Positions 52,072-60,291 of a stretch of DNA of 64,000 nt are shown piece after piece. The translations under genes were made by a program, and so were the position numbers. This DNA comes from Proteiniphilum sp. (GTDB lineage: Bacteria; Bacteroidota; Bacteroidia; Bacteroidales; Dysgonomonadaceae). The notes beneath the pieces are model-generated. The model had not been told where the DNA came from, did no database searches, and saw only the letters and a list, made by a program, of their open reading frames with translations. Positions within the stretch are counted from its first letter, which is position 1; the number at the start of each line of letters is the position of its first letter. Location of the stretch: positions 5,562-69,561 of the forward strand of contig JAQWDW010000006.1 in the NCBI GenBank assembly GCA_028705255.1, written 5' to 3'.

Positions 52072-52102
52072 TTTGTCACATTGAATATAATGTGTAAATT
52101 TG
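52072..52102 (+). promoter_or_regulatory. Promoter of ssrA
   Basis: TTTG (52072-75), 19 nt spacer, TAAATTTG (52095-102). Confidence 0.7.
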
Positions 52103-52188
52103 CATCAAGAAAACTGTTACTGGTTTGTTACCCAACGACTCGTAAACGCCTTGTTTCTTTTTAAGTATCAATAAGGTACTAACAATAT

Positions 52189-52588
52189 GGGGTTGACCGG
52201 TTTTGACAGCGGGTAGAAGAGGTTTGTAAGCATGCAGTGCGTTGTTGGTTTGCACTTTAATCTCAATCGGCAAAGCTATAACTGGCAATAATAACAATTA
52301 CGCTCTTGCTGCGTAACCGAAGTACAGTAGGTTAATCGCTTAATTCTGCCACATGTGGCGGAACAAGACATCACCCGGAAGCTGTGGCTTCGAAGCATTC
52401 CGATCAGGTGGTGCAGGTAAATCGGAGATAGGATAGGAGAGGCTTCGGCTCCTTTCCGAAATTAAGAAGATAAGGATTGAGTTTGGTGTCTTCAATCGCG
52501 CTCCTTCCCGACAAATAAAATGAAGATAAGCATGTAGAAAGCGAATTGCTTCCTCGTTTGGACGAGGGTTCGAATCCCTCCAGCTCCA
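52189..52588 (+). ncRNA. ssrA: tmRNA; tag peptide (A)GNNNNYALAA encoded at 52284-52316
   Basis: 5' GGGGTTG pairs with 3' CAGCTCC-A, including the G3:U wobble; T-arm GAGGG-TTCGAAT-CCCTC; internal tag ORF ending YALAA-stop. Confidence 0.97.
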
Positions 52589-52626
52589 CAATACACATTG
52601 ATTATCAATGTATTGCATTAATCACA

Positions 52627-52668
52627 CACAATAACACGCTCATCTTGAGCTGTTATTGTGTTTTTTTT
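52627..52668 (+). terminator. ssrA terminator
   Basis: CACAATAACA-C-GCTCA / TGAGC-TGTTATTGTG hairpin followed by T8. Confidence 0.85.
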
Positions 52669-52758
52669 GTAGTTACACAAATAAAAGTTCAGTCATTATC
52701 CAACAGTGGGTATTATTTATTTATGGTTTATTGTTTTTTGAGACATCGCTAATCGCGT

Positions 52759-53007
52759 GATAAACTGTTTCCTTTTATCTCTCCTCAGAAATACAATGAT
52801 GCCATCGAGGATATATTCACTTTGGTCAAGATAATAGGTATTGTGACATGGTACAACCCTAAGGACAAGGTAGGTGAGCATAGACTTCTCAATGAGATTG
52901 CAAGCTCACATCTTGCCAGGAGAAAATTTATAGGTAATCTCTATTCACAGGTCCAGGACCCGAACCTTATAGGATCAATGACTGGGCATGTCGAAGAGAG
53001 TATGGCA
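52759..53007 (+). pseudogene. C-terminal fragment of a tyrosine integrase
   Basis: Reads DKLFPFISPQKYNDAIEDIF...NEIASSHLARRKFIGNLYSQVQDPNLIGSMTGHVEESMA, with HxxR (52909) and the second catalytic His (52987). There is no N-terminus, and similarity stops just before the expected catalytic Tyr. Confidence 0.8.
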
Positions 53008-53012
53008 TTGAT

Positions 53013-53043
53013 AAAAAAATCCCGCTACCTGTTGAAGCGGGAT
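53013..53043 (-). terminator. Terminator of the peroxiredoxin gene
   Basis: ATCCCGCT/AGCGGGAT arms with a T-tract on the minus strand. Confidence 0.75.
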
Positions 53044-53067
53044 CAATTTCTATCTTTTCAGACCCTG

Positions 53068-53790
53068 TCAGCTTTTCAGTAAAGCGTTTTCAATGGTTTC
53101 TTTTGAGAGTTTTTTCGTGCAGAAGAACCAATCATAACAATGCATTTCTTCCTCTCTGGTTTCCATTCGTTCTTTAGCTACACCGCAGGAACCGGCTGTA
53201 GGTACGATCACTTCATCTCCCGGACGCCAGTCGGCAGGCAAGGCGACTCCAAATTCATCGGCTGTCTGTAAACCGATAAGGATACGCTTCAGTTCGTCAA
53301 AATTACGGCCAAGTGATAACGGGTAGTAGATAATTGTGCGAATAATACCCCTGGGATCCACGAAAAAAACAGCTCGGACAGCCTGTGTGGAGTTCTCGTT
53401 GGGTTGAATCATCCCATACTTTTTGGCAACTTCCATCGAGATATCCTCAATCAATGGAAAGGTAACTTCTACCTCTTTCATCCCCTTATATTCAATTTTT
53501 TCTTTAATGGTACGCAACCAGGCTATATGGCTGTACAACCCATCCACAGATAATCCAACCAACTGGCAGTTCAGATTTTCAAAATCTTTTTGCATCGAAG
53601 CAAATGTCATGAACTCAGATGTGCATACCGGTGTAAAATCGGCAGGATGACTAAATAGTATCTTCCATTTTCCGGGAAAGTCATCCGGGAAATGAATAAC
53701 GCCCTGCGTTGTTTTTGCTGTAAAAATAGGAGCTTTGTCGCCGATTCGAGGCATAGGAGTAGTGTTTTCTTGATTTGTTTCCATTTTCAT
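53068..53790 (-). CDS. Peroxiredoxin, Prx6-type with extra C-terminal Cys
   Basis: SHPADFTPVCTSE (peroxidatic Cys), GRNFDE, PADW.PG, GSC, CYDWFFC. Confidence 0.92.
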   Translation of the reverse strand: MKMETNQENTTPMPRIGDKAPIFTAKTTQGVIHFPDDFPGKWKILFSHPADFTPVCTSEFMTFASMQKDFENLNCQLVGLSVDGLYSHIAWLRTIKEKIEYKGMKEVEVTFPLIEDISMEVAKKYGMIQPNENSTQAVRAVFFVDPRGIIRTIIYYPLSLGRNFDELKRILIGLQTADEFGVALPADWRPGDEVIVPTAGSCGVAKERMETREEEMHCYDWFFCTKKLSKETIENALLKS

Positions 53791-53909
53791 TTCATTTTAA
53801 ATTAATTACTATATGTTATAAGTGAACAAGTTATAGGTATAGATATACAATAATAAACTGAAGATTCTTGTCAGATGTATAACACGACATTTCCAAATGC
53901 AAATGATAA

Positions 53910-54142
53910 TTATTTTTCGCATGGCCTGGACCAGGCCGAAATACCACCCTCCAGCACTTTCACATTGGTGAACCCGTTTGCCTGTAGGTAATCAGATAGG
54001 GAATCTCAATACAATCGCCAACGGCATAGATATCGGGATCGGATGTCTGCTAGATGGTTATCTCTGCATTCTCATCCATGCGACGTGCTTTAGAAGCTGC
54101 TTTTGGCCATGCAGCAGAACCGCCTATAACAACAACTTTCAT
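53910..54142 (-). pseudogene. Collapsed CoA-disulfide-reductase/rhodanese fusion gene (three fragments)
   Basis: MKVVVIGGSAAWPKAASKARRMDENAEITI* (54142-54050), then QTSDPDIYAVGDCIEIPYLIT (54049-53987), then in another frame LQANGFTNVKVLEGGISAWSRPCEK* (53987-53910). Its ATG overlaps the DUF134 stop (ATGA). Confidence 0.85.
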
Positions 54143-54555
54143 TTTTCTTCCCCATTAATCGGTATTAACTCGTTATTGCCAAAACTTGTACAATTCTTAC
54201 AACGTACATGGTTCTCGATACCTCCTATCAATTTGTAACAACGCCTGCAACGAAACCATTCTTTGTCAAACTGCACATTACCACCCTCTATATTGATCAT
54301 CTTTCCTTCCACAAATGCCTGAGCAATAGTTTTACGGGCTTGTTCATAGATACGCGTCAGAGTGGGTCGGGAAACGTTCATCCGTTCAGCTGCCTGATCC
54401 TGGTTCAAACCTTCATAATCCAATAAACGGATTGCCTCATATTCATCATACAGCAATGAAACAGCACTCAACCTGTTCCGTGGAATGCCAAAGGGTTTAA
54501 ATCCCTGCATCAGGGGAGGATTCGATATTTTTCGGTTTTGTTTGGGACGAGGCAT
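54139..54555 (-). CDS. DUF134 family HTH regulator with a C-terminal CxxC-x12-CxxC
   Basis: MPRPK..R.I...P....FKP.G, DEYEAIRL.D.EGL.Q..AA.RM.VSRPTL.RI...AR..IA.A.VEGK; CRRC and CKNC. Confidence 0.9.
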   Translation of the reverse strand: MPRPKQNRKISNPPLMQGFKPFGIPRNRLSAVSLLYDEYEAIRLLDYEGLNQDQAAERMNVSRPTLTRIYEQARKTIAQAFVEGKMINIEGGNVQFDKEWFRCRRCYKLIGGIENHVRCKNCTSFGNNELIPINGEEK

Positions 54556-54607
54556 GATTTCAATTATCTATTTTTGTTACTTTGAAATCCAAAGATATAA
54601 AATAATT

Positions 54608-54623
54608 TTAAACTTATGTTCGT
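54608..54623. promoter_or_regulatory. Palindromic operator copy B (DUF134 promoter)
   Basis: TTAAACTTATGTTCGT matches ATGAACATATGTTCAT at 12/16. It lies 11-26 nt upstream of the minus-strand -7 box TATCTTTG (54597-54590). Confidence 0.5.
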
Positions 54624-54753
54624 AAATAAAATTATTTTTGATCCTAATTTTCCTCGGTTCTGTTTTTTTAATTTTCTCATTTTCTGATGTAAGAAAATTT
54701 CATATTACATTTTTTAGGCTACAAAAAAAATCGCAAAAAAATATACAAATTTA

Positions 54754-54785
54754 TTTGCATATCGAACATATGTTCATTACATTTG
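54754..54785 (+). promoter_or_regulatory. Promoter of the ORP-like operon with operator copy A in its spacer
   Basis: TTTG (54754-57), 20 nt spacer, TACATTTG (54778-85). The spacer holds TCGAACATATGTTCAT (54762-77; 14/16), including the perfect palindrome GAACATATGTTC. Confidence 0.75.
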
Positions 54786-54848
54786 CCGCATATTTAAAGC
54801 AAGGTACTTCTATAAGCTATCATAAAACCAAATAGAAAATATCATCCT

Positions 54849-55172
54849 ATGAAAGTAGCCATCACATCATCCGGCAAGGAACTGACATCTCTACCGGACA
54901 AGCGTTTCGGACGCTGCAACTGTTTTGTCATCTACGACACCGAGAACGACTCGGTGGAGGTTGTGGATAATCCCGGCAGGGATCTAAACGAGGGTGCGGG
55001 ACCTGCCGCTGCACAGCTGATCGCATCGAAAGGAGCCGAGATGATCATCACAGGACATTTGGGAGGAAAAGCAGCATCAATAGTGCAACAGCTCGGGATG
55101 CAGATGACTCCCCTGGATGAACAACACAGAAGTGTGGAAGAAGTAATTCAATTAATCAAACAAAACAATTAA
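54849..55172 (+). CDS. NifB/NifX (Di-Nase FeMo-co domain) protein, Orange-protein-like
   Basis: MKVAI.S.G, DKRFGRC..FVIYD, GAG..AAQ, IITG.LG.KA. Confidence 0.85.
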   Translation: MKVAITSSGKELTSLPDKRFGRCNCFVIYDTENDSVEVVDNPGRDLNEGAGPAAAQLIASKGAEMIITGHLGGKAASIVQQLGMQMTPLDEQHRSVEEVIQLIKQNN

Positions 55173-55188
55173 ACAAAAGGAGGGTATT

Positions 55189-55464
55189 ATGCCAGGAATG
55201 AACAGAAAAGGCCCCGATGGAATGGGCGCTATGAGTGGGAGAGGACGTGGTCGTTGTAACCCGTCGAACAGAGAGGCTAATAGCTTTGATGCTTCTGAAG
55301 GAGCCGGGATGAATGCTCCTTTGCAACAGGGTGCCGGAATAGGCATGGGCCAGGGACAAGGCAGAGGCATGGGACAAGGCCAAGGCCAGGGCAGAGGCAT
55401 GGGTCAGGGCCAGGCCCAGGGAATGAGAAGAAGAGACGGATCTGGTAGAAGACGAATAGGATGA
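55189..55464 (+). CDS. DUF5320-like small Gly-rich protein
   Basis: MPG..R.GP.G.G.MSGRG.G.C N-terminus followed by Gly/Met/Gln/Arg low-complexity repeats. Confidence 0.7.
   Translation: MPGMNRKGPDGMGAMSGRGRGRCNPSNREANSFDASEGAGMNAPLQQGAGIGMGQGQGRGMGQGQGQGRGMGQGQAQGMRRRDGSGRRRIG
55342..55425 (+). repeat. Imperfect coding tandem repeat (GMGQGQG[QG]R x3)
   Basis: GGCATGGGC.., GGCATGGGA.. and GGCATGGGT.. units with synonymous divergence. Confidence 0.8.
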
Positions 55465-55799
55465 AGCAGGTTATCGCAATACCGCTGGAAGAGGGGAGAC
55501 TCTGTCAGCATTTTGGCCATTGTCAACAGTTTGCCATCATCGAAACGGAAGATGGAGCCATACAGAACGAGACGTTACTAACACCCCCCCCACATGAACC
55601 GGGGCTGTTGCCGGCATGGCTCGCCGAGAGAGGCATCACCGAGGTGATTGCGGCCGGTATCGGGCAGAAAGCGATTCGTCTGTTTGAACAACATAATATC
55701 AAGGTGCACGTGGGTGCCGAGTATAAGAGTCCGCGGGAGCTGGTTATCGATCATTTTAAACAGTCACTGGTCACCGGTCTCAATGCCTGTGACCACTAG
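55461..55799 (+). CDS. NifB/NifX (Di-Nase) protein, HFGHC/PPPHEPG/CDH type
   Basis: AIP..EGRLCQHFGHC, PPPHEPG.LP.W, IAAGIG.KA, terminal CDH. ATGA overlap with the previous gene. Confidence 0.85.
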   Translation: MKQVIAIPLEEGRLCQHFGHCQQFAIIETEDGAIQNETLLTPPPHEPGLLPAWLAERGITEVIAAGIGQKAIRLFEQHNIKVHVGAEYKSPRELVIDHFKQSLVTGLNACDH

Positions 55800-55812
55800 A
55801 AGAGTTGATTCT

Positions 55813-56682
55813 GTGGAAGCAGATTACCGATGTTATTTTTGCTTTGCCCGTACCATTGAGCGACTGATAGAGAAGCATACGCTCACATCTGCCGAGAAAA
55901 AAGCGCTTGCAGCTGAGATGTTCTCCCATTTTCACAATGGGGCTTCCGGTTTTTCCATTCCCGTTCTCTCAAGAGAAGTCTTTCGTATCTTCAGAGAGAG
56001 GAGTGGGGTAGCCGATCCTTACGAAAAGATTAAATATGAGAGCAACGAGCGTCTGCTCGGTGAGTATGCGATGTTTCGGGAGATGATTGACCAATCGGAT
56101 GATCCCTTCGAGGTAGCATTGCGTCTGGCAGTGGCCGGGAACATCATCGATTATGGGGTGAGCGACCACCATGATTTGGAAGAGACAATGGAAAATGTGC
56201 TGAAAAGCACTTTCGCGATTAATCATGTGGGGCGGCTCAAACGGCGGCTGGCTGAAGCCAGAACAGTCCTTTACCTAGGCGATAATGCCGGAGAGATTGT
56301 ATTTGACAAACTGTTCATCGAAACCTTTCATCATCCCAACATATGGTATGCTGTGCGAGGGACACCGGTGATTAACGATGCCACACGGAAAGATGCAGAC
56401 CAAGTGGGGATGGAAGAGGTGGCAAAGGTCATTGACAACGGTTATGATGCCCCCTCTACCCTGCCGGAGAAGTGTTCTCCCTCCTTTCAGCAGCTTTACA
56501 ATGAAGCGGATCTGGTGATTTCAAAAGGTCAGGGTAATCTGGAGGGATTGATTGATGCCTCCAGGCGTAACATCTTCTTTCTGCTAATGGTGAAGTGCAA
56601 TGTGATAGCCGACAGGCTGGGAGTGAAAAAGGGTGGTTTCGTATGTACTGAGAACAAACCAAAAAAAGAAAAAGCAGGATGA
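55813..56682 (+). CDS. DUF89/ARMT1-like damage-control metal phosphatase
   Basis: CxxC near the N-terminus, AGNIID, DNAGEIVFD, INDAT, SKGQGN.E.L, KC. The start is taken at GTG 55813; the track extension overlaps the upstream gene. Confidence 0.88.
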   Translation: MEADYRCYFCFARTIERLIEKHTLTSAEKKALAAEMFSHFHNGASGFSIPVLSREVFRIFRERSGVADPYEKIKYESNERLLGEYAMFREMIDQSDDPFEVALRLAVAGNIIDYGVSDHHDLEETMENVLKSTFAINHVGRLKRRLAEARTVLYLGDNAGEIVFDKLFIETFHHPNIWYAVRGTPVINDATRKDADQVGMEEVAKVIDNGYDAPSTLPEKCSPSFQQLYNEADLVISKGQGNLEGLIDASRRNIFFLLMVKCNVIADRLGVKKGGFVCTENKPKKEKAG

Positions 56683-57536
56683 AGATTGCAATAGCCAGTG
56701 GTAAGGGAGGTACTGGCAAGACCTTTGTCTCGACCAATCTCTTCTGGGTCGCTTCACAGAAGGGCTTCGATTGTGTGCTGGCCGACTGTGATGCAGAGGA
56801 ACCCAATGTGGCGGAATTTCTTGTCGGTGAGGAGGTACAGGTTGAAGAGGTCTATCAGCAGGTGCCGGTGATCGACCCGGAGAGATGTGCCTTCTGCGGG
56901 AAATGTTACGACTACTGCAGCTACAATGCCATCCTTTACCTGCCTGAGAAAAAGATGATTCAGGTGCTGCCCGATCTCTGTCACGACTGTGGTGCCTGCA
57001 GCTATGTTTGTCAAGCGGGAGCGATCACCGAGCATCCCAAGATGCTGGGCAAGGTGAAGCGTGCTGCATACGGAATCGGTCAGCAGATTGTTGAAGGTCG
57101 TGCCGAGGTGGGAGTCTACACACCCGCTCCGGTCATTACCCGTGCTATTCGTGAGGCTGGTGACAGAGAACTGGTGCTCCTCGACTCTCCCCCCGGCATC
57201 TCATGTCCCTTTATCGCGACGGTCGACAGGGCCGACTATGTGGTGCTGGTCAGTGAACCCACCCCCTTTGGGCTGCACGACCTGCAGCTATCTGCAGCCA
57301 CGGTTCGGAAGTTGGGTAAGCCGTTTGGTGTGGTGGTCAATAGAGCCGGACTGGGAGACAATGAAATATACCGGTGGCTTGAACAGGAGACGATCCCTCT
57401 CTTGTTGGAGATTCCTTTCGACCGGAAGGTGGCACGTATCTATGCCGAGGGAGGACTGCCTGCTGCAGTGGATAACGCCTACCGGGAGATGTTCAGCCGT
57501 CTGCTCGCACAAATCGTTCAACAAAACATCTCATGA
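56679..57536 (+). CDS. MinD/ParA-like P-loop ATPase with a 2x[4Fe-4S] insert (ATPase 1)
   Basis: SGKGGTGKT, DCDAEEPN, CAFCGKC...C and CHDCGAC...C, DSPPG.SCP, EPTPFGLHD. Confidence 0.9.
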   Translation: MKIAIASGKGGTGKTFVSTNLFWVASQKGFDCVLADCDAEEPNVAEFLVGEEVQVEEVYQQVPVIDPERCAFCGKCYDYCSYNAILYLPEKKMIQVLPDLCHDCGACSYVCQAGAITEHPKMLGKVKRAAYGIGQQIVEGRAEVGVYTPAPVITRAIREAGDRELVLLDSPPGISCPFIATVDRADYVVLVSEPTPFGLHDLQLSAATVRKLGKPFGVVVNRAGLGDNEIYRWLEQETIPLLLEIPFDRKVARIYAEGGLPAAVDNAYREMFSRLLAQIVQQNIS

Positions 57537-58399
57537 GACAAATTGTCATTATAAGCGGAAAAGGAGGAACAGGCAAGACAAGCCTGAGTGCAGCACTGGC
57601 AACCATGGGTGAACGGCTGATGGTAGCCGACTGCGATGTGGATGCAGCCAACCTGCATCTGTTGCTGGAGCCGACCGATCATTCCCGGCACCCTTTTCCC
57701 ACCGGAGCCAAGGCATTAATCGACCAGCAGCGATGTACACAATGCGGTGCCTGCATGGATCTTTGTCGCTTCGATGCGATCCGGTACCAAGAAGATCATT
57801 ACACCATCTCTGAAACATCATGTGACGGATGTTATCTCTGCATGCGCATCTGTCCGGCTGACGCCATCAGCATGATTGAGAGCAATGGCAGCTACTGGAA
57901 AACCGGCACCTTCCGCAACGGCTGGATGGTACATGCCCAGCTGGAGCCCGGCGAGGAGAACTCCGGCAAACTGGTCAACGTAGTACGTAAGCAATCCCTT
58001 CAGCTGTCGGAGCAGATGGGAGTGGAGACCATCCTGATTGATGGCCCTCCCGGCACCGGCTGCCCCGCAATTTCTGCTATGAGCGGTGCCAACCTGGCAG
58101 TGCTGGTCACCGAGCCAAGTCGCTCCGGTTTCCATGATCTGAAGAGGATAAAGCAGCTTGCCGATGGGTTTGACATTCCCTCCGTTGTGGTGATCAACAA
58201 GTATGACCTGAACGAGCAGGTGACGACCGAGATCGAGTCGTGGTGCCGCAGCGAGCGTCTCTCACTAATCGGCAAGATCCCATTTGAACCGGCTGTGGTG
58301 GAGGCGATGCTGCAATGCCAGTCGGTGGTCGAGTGGGCACCCCGGTCTGCTGCAGCCGATGAAATTACGGCCATCCATCGGCAGATTTTTCAATCGTAG
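57533..58399 (+). CDS. MinD/ParA-like P-loop ATPase with a 2x[4Fe-4S] insert (ATPase 2)
   Basis: SGKGGTGKT, DCDVDAANLHL, CTQCGAC...C and CDGCYLC...C, GEENSGKLV, DGPPGTGCP. Confidence 0.9.
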   Translation: MRQIVIISGKGGTGKTSLSAALATMGERLMVADCDVDAANLHLLLEPTDHSRHPFPTGAKALIDQQRCTQCGACMDLCRFDAIRYQEDHYTISETSCDGCYLCMRICPADAISMIESNGSYWKTGTFRNGWMVHAQLEPGEENSGKLVNVVRKQSLQLSEQMGVETILIDGPPGTGCPAISAMSGANLAVLVTEPSRSGFHDLKRIKQLADGFDIPSVVVINKYDLNEQVTTEIESWCRSERLSLIGKIPFEPAVVEAMLQCQSVVEWAPRSAAADEITAIHRQIFQS

Positions 58400-58427
58400 T
58401 GACGGAACCATTTAAAGAGAAGAAGCG

Positions 58428-59363
58428 ATGATATGTTTCGGACCTGTACCCTCCCGGAGACTGGGACATAGCCTTGGTATCAACAATATACCAGGTGACA
58501 AGATCTGTACCTATGCCTGTATATACTGTCAGGTGGGGGCTACCCGTCATTACACCCTCGAGAGACAGTCGTTTTACACCCCGGAGCAGATCTTCTCTGC
58601 GGTGGAGGAGCACCTGGGCAAGTTACAGGCGATGCCAGACTATCTCACTTTCGTGCCGAACGGCGAACCTACACTTGATATACACCTGAAAGAGTCGATC
58701 CTCCTGTTGAAGCAGATCGGCCTTCCAATCGCTGTGATCACCAATGCTTCGCTGCTGAGTGATCAGCAGGTGCGTGATGCCCTATCGCTTGCCGATTGGG
58801 TATCGGTGAAGGTGGATGCAAGTGATGATGCTGTATGGAAGAGAATCAACAGACCCCATCCCAGGCTCACCTTTGAAGGTTATAAAGAGGGCCTCCAGGC
58901 TTTTGCCTCCTCCTATAAAGGTGTTCTGACTGCCGAGACCCTAATGGTGGAGGGTGTCAATGATTGGGCAAACCTGATGCAACAGAACGCTTCACTGATC
59001 GTGACCCTCAAACCGGCTACGGCCTATCTCTCCATTCCCACACGCCCCCCTGCGATGCGGAGTGTGAAGACACCGGATGAAGCAGCCATTAACAGGGCCT
59101 ATCAGATCTACACCGATGCCGGATTGTACAGTGAAATGCTGCTTGGCTTTGAAGGAAGCGATACCGGTTTCACCGGCGATGCCAGGGCTGATATCCTCAA
59201 TATGAGTGCCGTGCATCCCATACGAGAGGAGACCATGGGCGAGATACTGCGTAAGAACAGGGCAGAAAGCAGCCTGCCCGATCAGCTGATCAGAGAGAAA
59301 GAAATCCGTGAGGTTGTTTATCAGGATAAAAAGTTTTGGATTCGCAATTTTACAAGAAGATGA
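58428..59363 (+). CDS. Radical SAM protein of unknown function
   Basis: FGPVPSRRLG.SLG, CTYACIYC (CxxxCxxC), NGEPTL, ITNASLL, GVND. Confidence 0.9.
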   Translation: MICFGPVPSRRLGHSLGINNIPGDKICTYACIYCQVGATRHYTLERQSFYTPEQIFSAVEEHLGKLQAMPDYLTFVPNGEPTLDIHLKESILLLKQIGLPIAVITNASLLSDQQVRDALSLADWVSVKVDASDDAVWKRINRPHPRLTFEGYKEGLQAFASSYKGVLTAETLMVEGVNDWANLMQQNASLIVTLKPATAYLSIPTRPPAMRSVKTPDEAAINRAYQIYTDAGLYSEMLLGFEGSDTGFTGDARADILNMSAVHPIREETMGEILRKNRAESSLPDQLIREKEIREVVYQDKKFWIRNFTRR

Positions 59364-59442
59364 TTGTACCGATTGTGATATATGGTGCTTCTGCAAAAAC
59401 AATTGATACAGGGTAAATTAAATAAAAAAAAAAGAAGAGAAG

Positions 59443-60282
59443 ATGAACGAACAATGCAATGCAACCAAAAAACCGTTCGAGAAGACGAGATTGAACAACA
59501 TAAAAAATATACTCATCGTTGCCTCGGGCAAGGGAGGTGTTGGCAAGTCGACTGTGGCTGCCGCCCTGGCACTCTCGCTGGCAAGGGAGGGGTATACAAC
59601 CGGCCTGCTGGATGCCGATATCCATGGCCCTTCGGTGCCCACCCTCTTCCACCTGAACAACCAACGGCCGCTATCGATGGAGAAAGAGGGGAAGACCTGG
59701 ATTGAACCCTTTGACCGGTATGGCATCAAGGTGATCTCGATCGGTTTCTTCATCGATCCCTCCCAGTCACTTCTATGGCGCGGTCCCATGGTGTCGAATG
59801 CGCTCAAACAACTGCTCAATGATACCAACTGGGGAGAACTGGATTATCTGGTGATTGACACCCCGCCCGGCACAGGGGATGTACATCTGACCCTGCTGCA
59901 ATCGTACGAGATCACCGGTGCCGTGGTGGTAACCACGCCGCAGACCATCGCGCTGGATGATGTGATCAAAGCGATCGGGATGTTTAACAATAAGAATGTA
60001 TCGGTCCCCGTGCTGGGCATCGTGGAGAACATGGCCTGGTTCACTCCCTCGCTGCATCCCGATGAGAAATATTTCCTCTTTGGGCAGGGGGGTGGTGAGA
60101 AACTGTCGCAGCAGTTTCATCTGCCCCTGATCGCACAGATCCCCATGAATGAGCAGATCCGCCAAAGTTGTGACGAGGGCTCGCTCGATACCCTCTTTCA
60201 GGATGAGCAGATCGCACAATCATTCTCCGGCTTGGTAGATACTATTTTGGCCAATCAGAAAAAAGAAAGCACACATAAATAG
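59443..60282 (+). CDS. Mrp/NBP35 (ApbC-like) P-loop ATPase lacking the CxxC motif
   Basis: SGKGGVGKST, DADIHGPS, WRGPM, DTPPGTGD, VTTPQ, GIVENM. Confidence 0.92.
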   Translation: MNEQCNATKKPFEKTRLNNIKNILIVASGKGGVGKSTVAAALALSLAREGYTTGLLDADIHGPSVPTLFHLNNQRPLSMEKEGKTWIEPFDRYGIKVISIGFFIDPSQSLLWRGPMVSNALKQLLNDTNWGELDYLVIDTPPGTGDVHLTLLQSYEITGAVVVTTPQTIALDDVIKAIGMFNNKNVSVPVLGIVENMAWFTPSLHPDEKYFLFGQGGGEKLSQQFHLPLIAQIPMNEQIRQSCDEGSLDTLFQDEQIAQSFSGLVDTILANQKKESTHK

Positions 60283-60291
60283 AACAGCAGT

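Noticed and set aside
52822-53082. 86-aa ORF as a functional gene
   Set aside because: It is an internal integrase fragment read through into a terminator and the peroxiredoxin 3' end; recorded as a pseudogene instead.
53801-53840. DUF134-type operator upstream of the peroxiredoxin
   Set aside because: Only half-sites are present (best about 10/16), too weak to call.
53978-54238. 86-aa + strand ORF in the prx-DUF134 gap
   Set aside because: It is the antisense shadow of the collapsed Cdr-rhodanese remnant and of DUF134.
54849-55799. NifB/NifX proteins as evidence of nitrogen fixation
   Set aside because: No nifH/D/K in the window. Stand-alone Di-Nase-domain proteins are common in non-diazotrophic anaerobes.
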